Virus record (IMG/VR): IMGVR_UViG_3300036768_001066
Origin: a virus
Taxonomy: Duplodnaviria > Heunggongvirae > Uroviricota > Caudoviricetes
Reading direction: 5' to 3' (one strand)
Length of the DNA stretch: 41,202 nucleotides
Made by a program: the position numbers and the translations under genes. The notes under the pieces are model-generated. The model was not told where the DNA came from. It saw only the letters and a program-made list of their open reading frames with translations, and searched no databases. Shown here in pieces: positions 28,308 to 36,844 of this stretch (the first letter of the stretch is position 1; every line of letters starts with the position of its first letter).

Positions 28308-28400
28308 AAAGATTTGTTCAACGTGTGAGGATGACAGGCGCGGTGAGGATTACTATGTGACTCCTGCAATATGCTTCAAAATATGATAAACTATTTGAAT
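28304..28400 (+). pseudogene. Possible small CxxC...CxxC gene with two frameshifts (MK-KICSTCEDDRRGEDYY-CDSCNML)
   Basis: Restoring one base at each of two sites yields two CxxC motifs; this is a reconstruction. Confidence 0.4.
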
Positions 28401-28998
28401 GATAGAGTTAGGTAGCATATTAAACAAACATAAAGGATCAAACATAATAGTTTGTGGATGTGGTGAAAGCGCTACTTTGTTAGTTGAACCACATAGAAAT
28501 ATAACTATTGGTGTTAATGATATTCAACGATTATTTTCGCCGAACTACCTCGTGGTCGTCAACGACAAGGTGAGCTTCAGCCAGCAGAGGTGGTCTTTCA
28601 TAGAGAGCACTCAAGCACAGGTCATATTCACGCACCTACGTGGCATGAAAGTTGACGACGCCCGGAAGTGCGTGATAACTCTCGGCAGGTACGGGGCGTG
28701 TGAACTCGACAAACCAGCTATCGACTACACGAGCAATTCGCCATACATAGCGGTCATACTCGCGTACAAGATGGGCGCAAAGAATATTGGGCTTCTCGGC
28801 GTTGATTTCACGCCGAACCACTTCTTCGCGAAGACTGGTGACCACCCGCTGTCTAAGAAGGCGGGGACCATAAGCAACGAGTACGTGCAGCTGCACAGGG
28901 CCCTCGCGAACAAGAACGTTGGATTCTACAACCTGAGTCCGGTCTCTAAGATAATGATACCTAAGATGCACCTGGACGATTTCCAAAATATGCAGTAA
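28399..28998 (+). CDS. DUF115/MptE-like (sialyltransferase-like fold) glyco-related protein
   Basis: KHKG..IIVCGCGES, ITIGVND, PNYLVVVND, NS.Y.AV.LAYKMGAKNIGLLGVDF. Confidence 0.7.
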   Translation: MIELGSILNKHKGSNIIVCGCGESATLLVEPHRNITIGVNDIQRLFSPNYLVVVNDKVSFSQQRWSFIESTQAQVIFTHLRGMKVDDARKCVITLGRYGACELDKPAIDYTSNSPYIAVILAYKMGAKNIGLLGVDFTPNHFFAKTGDHPLSKKAGTISNEYVQLHRALANKNVGFYNLSPVSKIMIPKMHLDDFQNMQ

Positions 28999-29360
28999 TG
29001 GAAGACGAAATCGAAGACATCAAAGACGCGGTAAGAGACCTGCGCGAACTTGTTACCGATCTGAAAGACAACTTCACCGGAGAGGACGAGGAAGGCGAGA
29101 TAGACGACTTCATGGACGAAGCGCTCGACAAGCTTGAAGAGATTGAAGACAACATCACGACCATAAAGGACGAAGCGGAAGAACTCGAGGAGAATGCCGA
29201 TTACGATGATGGTGTTTTGAAGTACTCTGTTCCGATCCCAACGCTCGAGGACGAGATGAAGATGGAGTTGCTGCACACCTGGTTTAACAAATACAATCTC
29301 ATTCAGCTCGAGCGGATACAGCGAATAATAGATAACGCGCCGGCATTAAAGCAGAGATAA
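28998..29360 (+). CDS. Acidic hypothetical protein
   Basis: TAATG overlap; 120 aa. Confidence 0.7.
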   Translation: MEDEIEDIKDAVRDLRELVTDLKDNFTGEDEEGEIDDFMDEALDKLEEIEDNITTIKDEAEELEENADYDDGVLKYSVPIPTLEDEMKMELLHTWFNKYNLIQLERIQRIIDNAPALKQR

Positions 29361-29511
29361 ACCGCCCGTGACGGCGTCTACTTCGTCGGACCATCCTGGA
29401 CCGACCGACATGGCAGGTATACGTAGGCTTATCGAATTCTGTGAGTCCTGCGTCGAGTATCAGCGCGCACGGCAATCCGGACGATTACGCCCGCATTACG
29501 ATTACCTGTTT
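29346..29511 (-). pseudogene. Peptidyl-tRNA hydrolase 2 (PTH2) remnant
   Basis: KQVIVMRA (PTH2 N-terminus) is joined directly to SSGLPCALILDAGLTEFDKPTYTC and, after a 1-nt shift, SVGPGWSDEVDAVTGGLSLL* (PTH2 C-terminus). The middle and the start codon are missing. Confidence 0.8.
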
Positions 29512-30128
29512 ACTTTTTTCTTTCTTGGGTTTCTACTCTCTTGGTGCTTTATGAATTCCTCCGCGTCGGTCCACATCTTGCGCTCGAGGTCGAGCACTTC
29601 CTTGGCCTTGCGGATTATGTATGGGTTGTGCGTGCACGCGAACACCTGGTTGTGCTTGGCGCACTCGGCAATAGCGTCCGCGACCTTGATCTGACTGCGG
29701 ATAGACAACGCCGCCTCTGGCTCGTCGAGAAACAGGATGTATCCCTTCATGTCCTTGCACGCCCCGACCATCGGTAGAAGAATCTGTCCGTGCGACATGA
29801 AGTTGGAAGCTATTGTGTAGCCAACGTCTCTCGCGTAATTGAGGTTTCCGACCGTGCGCGGGTTCATCTTCTCGGTGTCGAGGAACCTGAACTCCACCGG
29901 GTCTACGTCTATAGTCCACTGGTCGTTCTTGTCATCGCGCATGCAGGATATTATCGTGCTCTTGCCGCACCCTTGGTCTCCGACGAGCAGGTTCAGTCCG
30001 GGCTTGAACTCATATCGCTCTCCCTTTTTGAAGCACCTGTATTCTTTATTAAACACGATGCTCTTCATCGCAGCTTCCGTTAGGGATTCGCGCTCTTTGC
30101 TGTAACTTCTACTTTTTGTTATCGACAT
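29502..30128 (-). CDS. ABC/SMC-type AAA ATPase (COG3910-like)
   Basis: GDQGCGKST, SHGQ signature, FLDEPEAALS, CTHNP. Confidence 0.88.
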   Translation of the reverse strand: MSITKSRSYSKERESLTEAAMKSIVFNKEYRCFKKGERYEFKPGLNLLVGDQGCGKSTIISCMRDDKNDQWTIDVDPVEFRFLDTEKMNPRTVGNLNYARDVGYTIASNFMSHGQILLPMVGACKDMKGYILFLDEPEAALSIRSQIKVADAIAECAKHNQVFACTHNPYIIRKAKEVLDLERKMWTDAEEFIKHQESRNPRKKKVNR

Positions 30129-30175
30129 ACTGTTTTATTTTTTTTGAATATTATTTCTATTGGGTTTGTTCCATC

Positions 30176-30275
30176 CAGCACGTCGCCCTGCAGATATGGT
30201 TGAATCCCAGAGCGGCTATGCGCTTGGCCTGTGTGCCCTTACCGGAACCCAGAGGTCCGAAATTATGATGTTCAT
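30176..30275 (-). pseudogene. adk: Adenylate kinase N-terminal remnant
   Basis: ATG overlaps the previous stop. MNIII-FGPLGSGKGTQAKRIAALGFNHI-GDVL spans two frameshifts, then homology stops. Confidence 0.8.
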
Positions 30276-30694
30276 CGTAGGCTGTACTTTTTTGTTGGTG
30301 TGGGGTTGGTCGATATAGAATACCCTTTCTGTGCGAGGGCCCGAGCAGCCAGCTTGGTGTCGAATATCTCGCGGTCAACCTTGCGCTGCGCCATCATGAT
30401 GAGTTCGTACGCAGTCGTCGGCGCACTGTCAACCATATACGAGTAATCTATGTCGAGCGCGCTGATGGACGTCCGATCCGCCTCGCAATAGTACATGACT
30501 ACCTTAGATTCTGACAGCTTCTTCCACTTCTCGTCGAGCTTAGCGAGTAGCTTCGCCTCCGATTTGTCCACACATTTTTTTACCTGGCCGAGCGCCATCC
30601 ACTGCGTCATGGTCGCCTCGTTCGTGCTCACCTTCCCGAGCTTCGACTCCATGGCGATAACCTCAATATAAGATTTCCCGTTTATTATTTTCAT
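30272..30694 (-). CDS. Hypothetical protein
   Basis: 140 aa, coupled to both neighbours by ATGA overlaps. Confidence 0.7.
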   Translation of the reverse strand: MKIINGKSYIEVIAMESKLGKVSTNEATMTQWMALGQVKKCVDKSEAKLLAKLDEKWKKLSESKVVMYYCEADRTSISALDIDYSYMVDSAPTTAYELIMMAQRKVDREIFDTKLAARALAQKGYSISTNPTPTKKYSLR

Positions 30695-30918
30695 CCTTTT
30701 AAATTTTGGAGCTGGTCCTGGTACAGTACCTCCAGTTCGTTACATTTAGACCCTATTTTTTTGTTTACGAGTTCGATGTAGTTCTGTGCCGAGCTCAGTT
30801 GCAGTGATGTCTCGCAGCTACGTATCACGGCCTTGGCCTTCTCTATGGCCTTAGTCGGCAACACAGCCGGTGATTTTTTGCCTTGCGTAAATCGCTTCAT
30901 GAGTTGTTTCATTGACAT
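30691..30918 (-). CDS. Hypothetical protein
   Basis: 75-aa ORF in the same operon. Confidence 0.65.
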   Translation of the reverse strand: MSMKQLMKRFTQGKKSPAVLPTKAIEKAKAVIRSCETSLQLSSAQNYIELVNKKIGSKCNELEVLYQDQLQNLKG

Positions 30919-30987
30919 AACTTAATGGGTAAATTTACAAAAAGAAAACGAATATGCCGATACGCGTTTCCATTACTTTATTTATCT

Positions 30988-30995
30988 TATATTTG
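30988..30995 (+). promoter_or_regulatory. Bacteroidota-type -7 box TATATTTG
   Basis: TAnnTTTG just upstream of ATG 31001. Confidence 0.5.
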
Positions 30996-31000
30996 TTTTG

Positions 31001-31285
31001 ATGAAACAGCAGATGGGTATTATATGTGCCGAGCTCGTTACGGTCGGCAAGCCCGAGCGCGTGCGCGGCAACGTGTACCGTCGGCTCGTATTCAAGAACA
31101 TGAACGGCGACGACCACAATAAGTACCAGCTCTATGTGATAGACGGGTACAACCAGTCCAAGAAGTTCCTGCGCCTTGCGCCGGGTGCCAAACTCAAGAA
31201 CGTTAAGGTGTACACGGAGAAGTCCAAGTTCTACGTCGACATTCACAGCGACATCAAGGAAATAAAAGCGCGACCTCTCTTCTGA
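31001..31285 (+). CDS. Hypothetical protein
   Basis: 94 aa from ATG 31001. Confidence 0.65.
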   Translation: MKQQMGIICAELVTVGKPERVRGNVYRRLVFKNMNGDDHNKYQLYVIDGYNQSKKFLRLAPGAKLKNVKVYTEKSKFYVDIHSDIKEIKARPLF

Positions 31286-31302
31286 CATGCCGTATAAAGG
31301 GC

Positions 31303-32022
31303 ATGGATTTAAAGAAACTCGTAATTGTAGATATTGAGACAGCAGGTATCGTCTCTACCTACGACGACCTGACGGTCGCTCATCCCCGCCTCGCCGAGCT
31401 CTGGCACAAAAGAACAGATTGGCTGAGGGAAAGATACCCCGAGAACAAAGATCTCGGGGTCGACGAGATGTGGAAGTTGAAGTCCGGGTTGCATCCCGAG
31501 TTCGGTCGTGTTGTGTGCGTAACGTTCGGCCAGTGGGATTCGTCCGGCGAGTACAAGATCAACTCGTTCTACGGGGGCGACGAGCTCGACATTCTCAAAA
31601 AGACCAACATCGTATTAAACAACGCTTACGCAACCGGGCACACCCTCGGTGGGCACACCATAGAGAGGTTTGACGTTCCGTTCCTTTGGAAGCGCATGCT
31701 CATAAACAAGATCAAGCCGTCCGGCATAATCACCGTGTACGACAAGAAGCCTTGGGACCTAAAGTTCATGGACATCGCCAAGTTCTGGAGCGGAGGCGCA
31801 TGGCAGGAGAGCTTCACATCGCTCGACACAATGTCGGCCGTGTTCGGCATCGCATCGCCTAAGGCTGAGATGCAGGCCAACCGCGTGCACCTTAGCTACT
31901 ATGCCGGAGACCACGAGGGCATAAAGAAATACTGCGAGGGCGACGTTGTTGCTACCATGGATTTATGCACCGAGTTCTCGAACACGCTGAGCAATCTCGT
32001 TTCTAACGCTGTTGCTCAGTAA
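31303..32022 (+). CDS. Stand-alone 3'-5' exonuclease (PolB-exonuclease-like DEDDy, COG3298-type)
   Basis: VIVDIETAG, GHTIERFDVPFLWKR, SLD...GI.SPK, YCEGDV. Confidence 0.88.
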   Translation: MDLKKLVIVDIETAGIVSTYDDLTVAHPRLAELWHKRTDWLRERYPENKDLGVDEMWKLKSGLHPEFGRVVCVTFGQWDSSGEYKINSFYGGDELDILKKTNIVLNNAYATGHTLGGHTIERFDVPFLWKRMLINKIKPSGIITVYDKKPWDLKFMDIAKFWSGGAWQESFTSLDTMSAVFGIASPKAEMQANRVHLSYYAGDHEGIKKYCEGDVVATMDLCTEFSNTLSNLVSNAVAQ

Positions 32023-32042
32023 GTCCTGAATATATAATAAGA

Positions 32043-32276
32043 ATGTTCAGGGTAAACCAATACTATCTGCAGGTCGGAACTGGCCTGGATAGGAACATAG
32101 TCAACGGCGGTCCGGTGTACTCGGCAAACGGATCGGGGGGGGAAATCGGCAAGATAGTTGATTACCTGCCGGACAGCGGATTCGCCAAGATCCTGTTGTT
32201 CTACGACGTTAACTATGTGGAGCTGGTGAGGAGCGGTATTCCGATGGATCACATTGTGTTCAAAAACGTAGCGTGA
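32043..32276 (+). CDS. Hypothetical protein
   Basis: 77 aa, preceded by an AATATATA variant box. Confidence 0.6.
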   Translation: MFRVNQYYLQVGTGLDRNIVNGGPVYSANGSGGEIGKIVDYLPDSGFAKILLFYDVNYVELVRSGIPMDHIVFKNVA

Positions 32277-32319
32277 CCACCTGGGTGTTTTATGAAAATG
32301 GAAGATGACAGTATAAAGG

Positions 32320-32601
32320 GTGAGAAACAGAATCGCCATAATTTGCTTAATGCTCGGGATGTTCTTCAACCCGCTGGGCTTCGACGTCTTGTTCAAAATG
32401 ATTTTGGACTTGACTGGGAGCTATTGGGTGACTACTGGAATATTCTACTTTGTGGCAGCGCTATTCTTTGGTCTGTATTTCTACTTCTCCCGAACTAATC
32501 CTGTCGCGGCAGTCGGCGGCCACATAAAGACGACAGCACACAAAATAAAGAACAAATGTCAGAACAACTTAAAGTCCATAAGGACGCGACTGCCGAAGTA
32601 G
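32320..32601 (+). CDS. Small membrane protein (CLMLGMFFNPLGFD); in-frame ATG at 32305 cut off by TAA
   Basis: Two hydrophobic segments; ATG ACA GTA TAA AGG GTG upstream. Confidence 0.65.
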   Translation: MRNRIAIICLMLGMFFNPLGFDVLFKMILDLTGSYWVTTGIFYFVAALFFGLYFYFSRTNPVAAVGGHIKTTAHKIKNKCQNNLKSIRTRLPK

Positions 32602-32744
32602 TAATAGACTTCGGAAACTTCAAGGCGGAACTGTCGGAGTGCAGGATATTCGCCAATGATAGCAAGGATGAGCACATCGTGTTCATCGCGCAAGACATTT
32701 CGGACCCCAACAAGAAGGTCCAGATAACCATAAAGAAAAAGTAA
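32556..32744 (+). CDS. Hypothetical protein
   Basis: 62 aa followed by a terminator. Confidence 0.65.
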   Translation: MSEQLKVHKDATAEVVIDFGNFKAELSECRIFANDSKDEHIVFIAQDISDPNKKVQITIKKK

Positions 32745-32765
32745 TCACCATCAACTAAGTCGGAG

Positions 32766-32805
32766 GAAACCTGTGGTTCGTAAAGGGCCGCGGGTTTCTT
32801 TTTTT
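32766..32805 (+). terminator. Intrinsic terminator
   Basis: 14-bp stem GAAACCTGTGGTTC/GGGCCGCGGGTTTC, GTAAA loop, T7. Confidence 0.8.
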
Positions 32806-32821
32806 ATTCATATATTCGCGT

Positions 32822-34312
32822 ATGCTAATAAATCTCAAAATAGGAGAGTTCTACAAGGTGGAGAATAAGATGTCCGCACTGTGCGTGACCGACGACAGCA
32901 CGAGGGTGTTCGAGAAGAAGGACTACGCGTTCCCCATTACCGACATACTCGATGGGTTCGTCTACGTCGATTACCTTGGCGACAAGTACAGATTCGAGTA
33001 CGGGCACGCGAGGCACAACTTCCGGAAGGCCCTCACGTCAAAGGACATCGAGCAGTACATCGTGCTAAAGTACATAACCGGCAGCAGGGCATACGGCACC
33101 AACGTGCCGACGTCCGACACCGACTACAAGGCCGTGTTCATATTCCCGGATTCGTACTACTCCATGTTCGATTTCAACCCCGACTGGGAGGAAATAAAGG
33201 AGAAGAACATGGAAACCAACGAGGAGACCACTTACTACTCGATGCGCAAGTTCATATCGCTGCTCGCGGTGAACAACCCAAACATGCTCGAGGTTTTCGA
33301 CATACCGGACGACTGCCTCGTTTACAAACACCCAGAGATGGACATATTGCTCAAACGCCCGGAAGTGTTTCTGTCGAAGCTTTGTTACAAGGCGTTCCTC
33401 GGTTACGGGGAGAGTCAGATACGCAAGGCCGACGGTCAGGACAAGCTGAACAACTGGGAGAAGGAGAAGATGGAACGCAAGGGTCCACTCGACTTCTGCT
33501 ACACGTTCGTTGGTCAGGGTAGTGTTCCCATAGAGCAGTGGCTCTCCGAAAGAGGCATGGAACAGAGGTTCTGCGCGCTGAACGCTGTGGAGCACATGCG
33601 CGACATGTATGGCGTATATTACGACCGACTCGCACATACCATCGTGTACCTGAAAGAGATAATAGAGGGGGCTCGACCTGCGACAGATATAAAGGACAAC
33701 GATGTAGTCCGTGGGTATCTCGGGGAATTAAACGGAGGCATGTTCAGTGCGTACTTCGCCGATGATCCGGAGCGGACCCTTGAATGGGTCAAATCACACG
33801 GATTGAAGATGCTCGGGTACAAGGGCATCGTGCTCGACGACTCGGATACTATCCGTCTAAGCAAGACGCCTAAGGATGCAGTACCAATGTGCTACATGAG
33901 TTACAACAAGGACGGTTTCATGTCCCACTGCAAGTTGTACAACCGGTACATGACCTGGAGGCGCGAGCGTAACGAGGCGAGGTGGATCGACGTTGAGGGA
34001 CACAACCAGAAGATCGACGGCAAGAACATGCTGCATTGCATGCGCCTCATATACATGAGCGAGGACATCGCCGCCGGCCGCGGCATTATAGTGAGGAGGC
34101 CGGAGGCCGAGTACCTGAAGAGTATACGGTACGGCAAGGTGGAGCTGAACAAGCTCATGGACGACGCAGCACAGAAGTTGAAGGACCTCGGCACCGCGTT
34201 CGAGCAGGCCGACCTGATGGACGAGCCGGATTCCGACAAGGTTGCCGAGCTGTACAACGATACCGTATTCGCCGTAAACAATTATATTGCTGGTCTATCA
34301 ATACACAGATAA
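32822..34312 (+). CDS. Pol-beta superfamily nucleotidyltransferase (RlaP/YcgL-like phage family)
   Basis: ITGSRAYGTNVPTSDTDYKAVF, NNPNMLE, GY...QI.K, DGKNMLHCMRL, IRYG. Confidence 0.9.
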   Translation: MLINLKIGEFYKVENKMSALCVTDDSTRVFEKKDYAFPITDILDGFVYVDYLGDKYRFEYGHARHNFRKALTSKDIEQYIVLKYITGSRAYGTNVPTSDTDYKAVFIFPDSYYSMFDFNPDWEEIKEKNMETNEETTYYSMRKFISLLAVNNPNMLEVFDIPDDCLVYKHPEMDILLKRPEVFLSKLCYKAFLGYGESQIRKADGQDKLNNWEKEKMERKGPLDFCYTFVGQGSVPIEQWLSERGMEQRFCALNAVEHMRDMYGVYYDRLAHTIVYLKEIIEGARPATDIKDNDVVRGYLGELNGGMFSAYFADDPERTLEWVKSHGLKMLGYKGIVLDDSDTIRLSKTPKDAVPMCYMSYNKDGFMSHCKLYNRYMTWRRERNEARWIDVEGHNQKIDGKNMLHCMRLIYMSEDIAAGRGIIVRRPEAEYLKSIRYGKVELNKLMDDAAQKLKDLGTAFEQADLMDEPDSDKVAELYNDTVFAVNNYIAGLSIHR

Positions 34313-34314
34313 TA

Positions 34315-34722
34315 ATGGACGAGGGTAAAATCAGAAGCCTATTCATCGAGAAGCTCGGAGCCTCCGGGCGCATCATATCGATGTCTAAATCAGGTTACAG
34401 GGAGAGGAACCCAAAGAACGCAGTCATATTCAACGCAAACGTCGTTATGACACTGCGCGGACTCAAGGAGTTCGAGAAGGTGTGGTATGGGGATCTTGAC
34501 ATCACGAAGGACGAGGTCGCTTTGCGCGAGATAGCAAGTGAGATGAACATGGAGCTTTATGTGCTTTACGAGATGGACGCGAGGTTCGAAAACGAGACCA
34601 AGCCAAACATGGGATCGTACGCGTTCATGAGCGATGCCGGCGACGCGTTCGAGGTCGGTCCAAAGTACAAGGATTACTTCGTGAGGGACATCGTTAGCGG
34701 CGGTCTGGTGAGGTCTAATTAA
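34315..34722 (+). CDS. Hypothetical protein
   Basis: Start at ATG 34315 (MDEGKIR), not 34036. Confidence 0.7.
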   Translation: MDEGKIRSLFIEKLGASGRIISMSKSGYRERNPKNAVIFNANVVMTLRGLKEFEKVWYGDLDITKDEVALREIASEMNMELYVLYEMDARFENETKPNMGSYAFMSDAGDAFEVGPKYKDYFVRDIVSGGLVRSN

Positions 34723-35353
34723 ATCTCGCGAGCAATTCCATGGATTCCTTGTCCGTGGATAGCATCTCGTAGCACTCGGCGTAGTCGAGTTCGCCTATCA
34801 GCATGTCTATGTGCATCGAGTAATTCCCGGAGTGTATGTGGAACTGACCCTCGCCCTCGTTGTTCCTGTGCTGCTTGTTCGAGTATCCTATGTCCGCGGA
34901 TTCTATGTCGTCAGACTTTATTATGAACACCTGGATCTTGTCGTGCGCGAATATCATGTACATCAGTTCGTCGAACAGGCCGCGCTTTATCTGCTGGATG
35001 TTGCAGTTGTACGTGCGCTCGAACGGGAGGTCCTTCGCGTTTACGAGAACTTTTCTCTTGTCCTTGACGAAAGCCCGAGAGCTCTTAACTTCCAGCCTGA
35101 TGCCGTCCATGTAGTAGTCGAACTCGTCGGACTCGACCGGGTCGAGATCGTACTTCTTCTCGGCTATCTTCTCGGCTATCTTGCCCATCTCCTTCGGACC
35201 GGCGCTCACAACCGCTTGTCGGAGGTACTGTTTCTTGCAGAACGGCACGTGGAGATTCTGTGTCGGCAGGTCGAGATCACGCGAGTTGACCGTGCACTCG
35301 AGCTCATTTTCCGACACATCCCACTTTGGGGGAACTCCAAACGAGTACTTCAT
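34715..35353 (-). CDS. PD-(D/E)XK restriction-endonuclease-like nuclease
   Basis: FDYYMDGIRLEVKSSR catalytic-like motif, NIQQIK, KQHRNNEGEGQFHI. Confidence 0.6.
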   Translation of the reverse strand: MKYSFGVPPKWDVSENELECTVNSRDLDLPTQNLHVPFCKKQYLRQAVVSAGPKEMGKIAEKIAEKKYDLDPVESDEFDYYMDGIRLEVKSSRAFVKDKRKVLVNAKDLPFERTYNCNIQQIKRGLFDELMYMIFAHDKIQVFIIKSDDIESADIGYSNKQHRNNEGEGQFHIHSGNYSMHIDMLIGELDYAECYEMLSTDKESMELLARFN

Positions 35354-35369
35354 CGATACGTATTTTGAT

Positions 35370-35377
35370 TATATTTG
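35370..35377 (+). promoter_or_regulatory. Bacteroidota-type -7 box TATATTTG
   Basis: TAnnTTTG 30 nt upstream of ATG 35407. Confidence 0.5.
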
Positions 35378-35406
35378 TATTCTAAAATGAGATAAGGTTT
35401 CGTCCT

Positions 35407-36834
35407 ATGTTATATTTATTATTGTTCGTCGCTTTCCTGGCCGTAGTTGCCATACGCGACATAATGCAAAACAGACACGCAATAACCCACAACTTCCCGG
35501 TGATAGGACACATCCGTTATCTGTTCGAGAAGATAGGTCCAGAAATCCGGCAGTACTTCATCGCCAACAATAGAGAGGAGCTTCCATTCTCGAGGCGACA
35601 CAGAGCTTGGATATATGCCTCGGCGAAGGATGAGAACAACCTCACAGGGTTCGGTACAGACATGGACTTCAACGAACCCGGTCACATAATCATAAAGCAC
35701 AAGATGATGCCGGTGCACTCCGACAACATCGGTCACCTGCCATGCAAGAAACAGCTCGGCAAAGGCAAGCGTGCAAAACCATACACACCAAACTCTATAG
35801 TGAACATATCTGGCATGAGCTTCGGCGCGTTATCGGCAAAGGCTGTAGAGTCACTTAACGGCGGAGCTAAGCTCGCTGGTTGTTACCACAACACTGGGGA
35901 GGGCGGATTGTCAGTGTATCACAAGCAAGGGGCTGACGTGGTGTTCCAGTTCGGAACTGGATACTTCGGAGTGTGCGACGAGAAGGGTAAGTTCTCGCTC
36001 GAGAAGCTGAAGAAACTCGTGCAAGATAATCCCTGCATAAAGGCAATCGAGATAAAGCTGTCCCAGGGCGCGAAGCCCGGCAAGGGAGGAATTCTGCCGG
36101 CCGCGAAGATGACACAGGAGATCGCAGACGCCAGGGGCATCGAAATGGGCAAGGCCGCCGTGTCGCCAAGCACTCACAGCGCGTTCAAGGACGTGACAAG
36201 CATGATAAACTTTATCGAAGAGATAGCAAACGCAACCGGTCTGCCTGTCGGTATAAAGGCGGCGATTGGAAGCGTAAAAGACTGGGAGGAGCTCGCCACG
36301 CAAATGGCCATGTCCGGTTTCGGCCCGGATTTCATCACAATAGACGGCGGCGAGGGCGGCACTGGTGCAGCACCACCATCATTCACAGACCACCTGTCTC
36401 TGCCGTTCAACGAGGCAATACACAGCATCATAAAAATATTCAGAGTTTACCCGGCGCTCGACAACGTAGTGTTCATCGGGTCTGGCAAGCTCGGGCTTCC
36501 AGCCAATGCCATAAAGGCATTTGCGCTCGGCTGTGATATGGTTAACGTCGGTAGGGAAGCGCTGATGTCCATCGGTTGTATCCAGGCACAGGTTTGTCAC
36601 ACGAACAGGTGTCCGTCTGGCGTGGCCACACAGAACAAGTGGCTGCAGAACGGCATAGACCCGACGCTCAAATCCGTCCGCGCAGCTAACTACATCAAGC
36701 AGCTGCGCAAAGAGATCCACGAGATGTCCAACGCTTGCGGGTACCACCACCCTTCCGAGTTCAAGAAGGAGGACCTGCTCGTCGCCTGTGGCGACCACAG
36801 GCGATTCATAACTTTGAAAGAGATGTACGCATAA
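35407..36834 (+). CDS. FMN-binding glutamate synthase family protein (GltB2/YerD-like)
   Basis: SGMSFGALS, NTGEGG, EIKLSQGAKPGKGG, DGGEGGTGAAP, CIQAQVCHTNRCPSGV (3Fe-4S); N-terminal TM helix. Confidence 0.95.
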   Translation: MLYLLLFVAFLAVVAIRDIMQNRHAITHNFPVIGHIRYLFEKIGPEIRQYFIANNREELPFSRRHRAWIYASAKDENNLTGFGTDMDFNEPGHIIIKHKMMPVHSDNIGHLPCKKQLGKGKRAKPYTPNSIVNISGMSFGALSAKAVESLNGGAKLAGCYHNTGEGGLSVYHKQGADVVFQFGTGYFGVCDEKGKFSLEKLKKLVQDNPCIKAIEIKLSQGAKPGKGGILPAAKMTQEIADARGIEMGKAAVSPSTHSAFKDVTSMINFIEEIANATGLPVGIKAAIGSVKDWEELATQMAMSGFGPDFITIDGGEGGTGAAPPSFTDHLSLPFNEAIHSIIKIFRVYPALDNVVFIGSGKLGLPANAIKAFALGCDMVNVGREALMSIGCIQAQVCHTNRCPSGVATQNKWLQNGIDPTLKSVRAANYIKQLRKEIHEMSNACGYHHPSEFKKEDLLVACGDHRRFITLKEMYA

Positions 36835-36844
36835 TGACAATACA

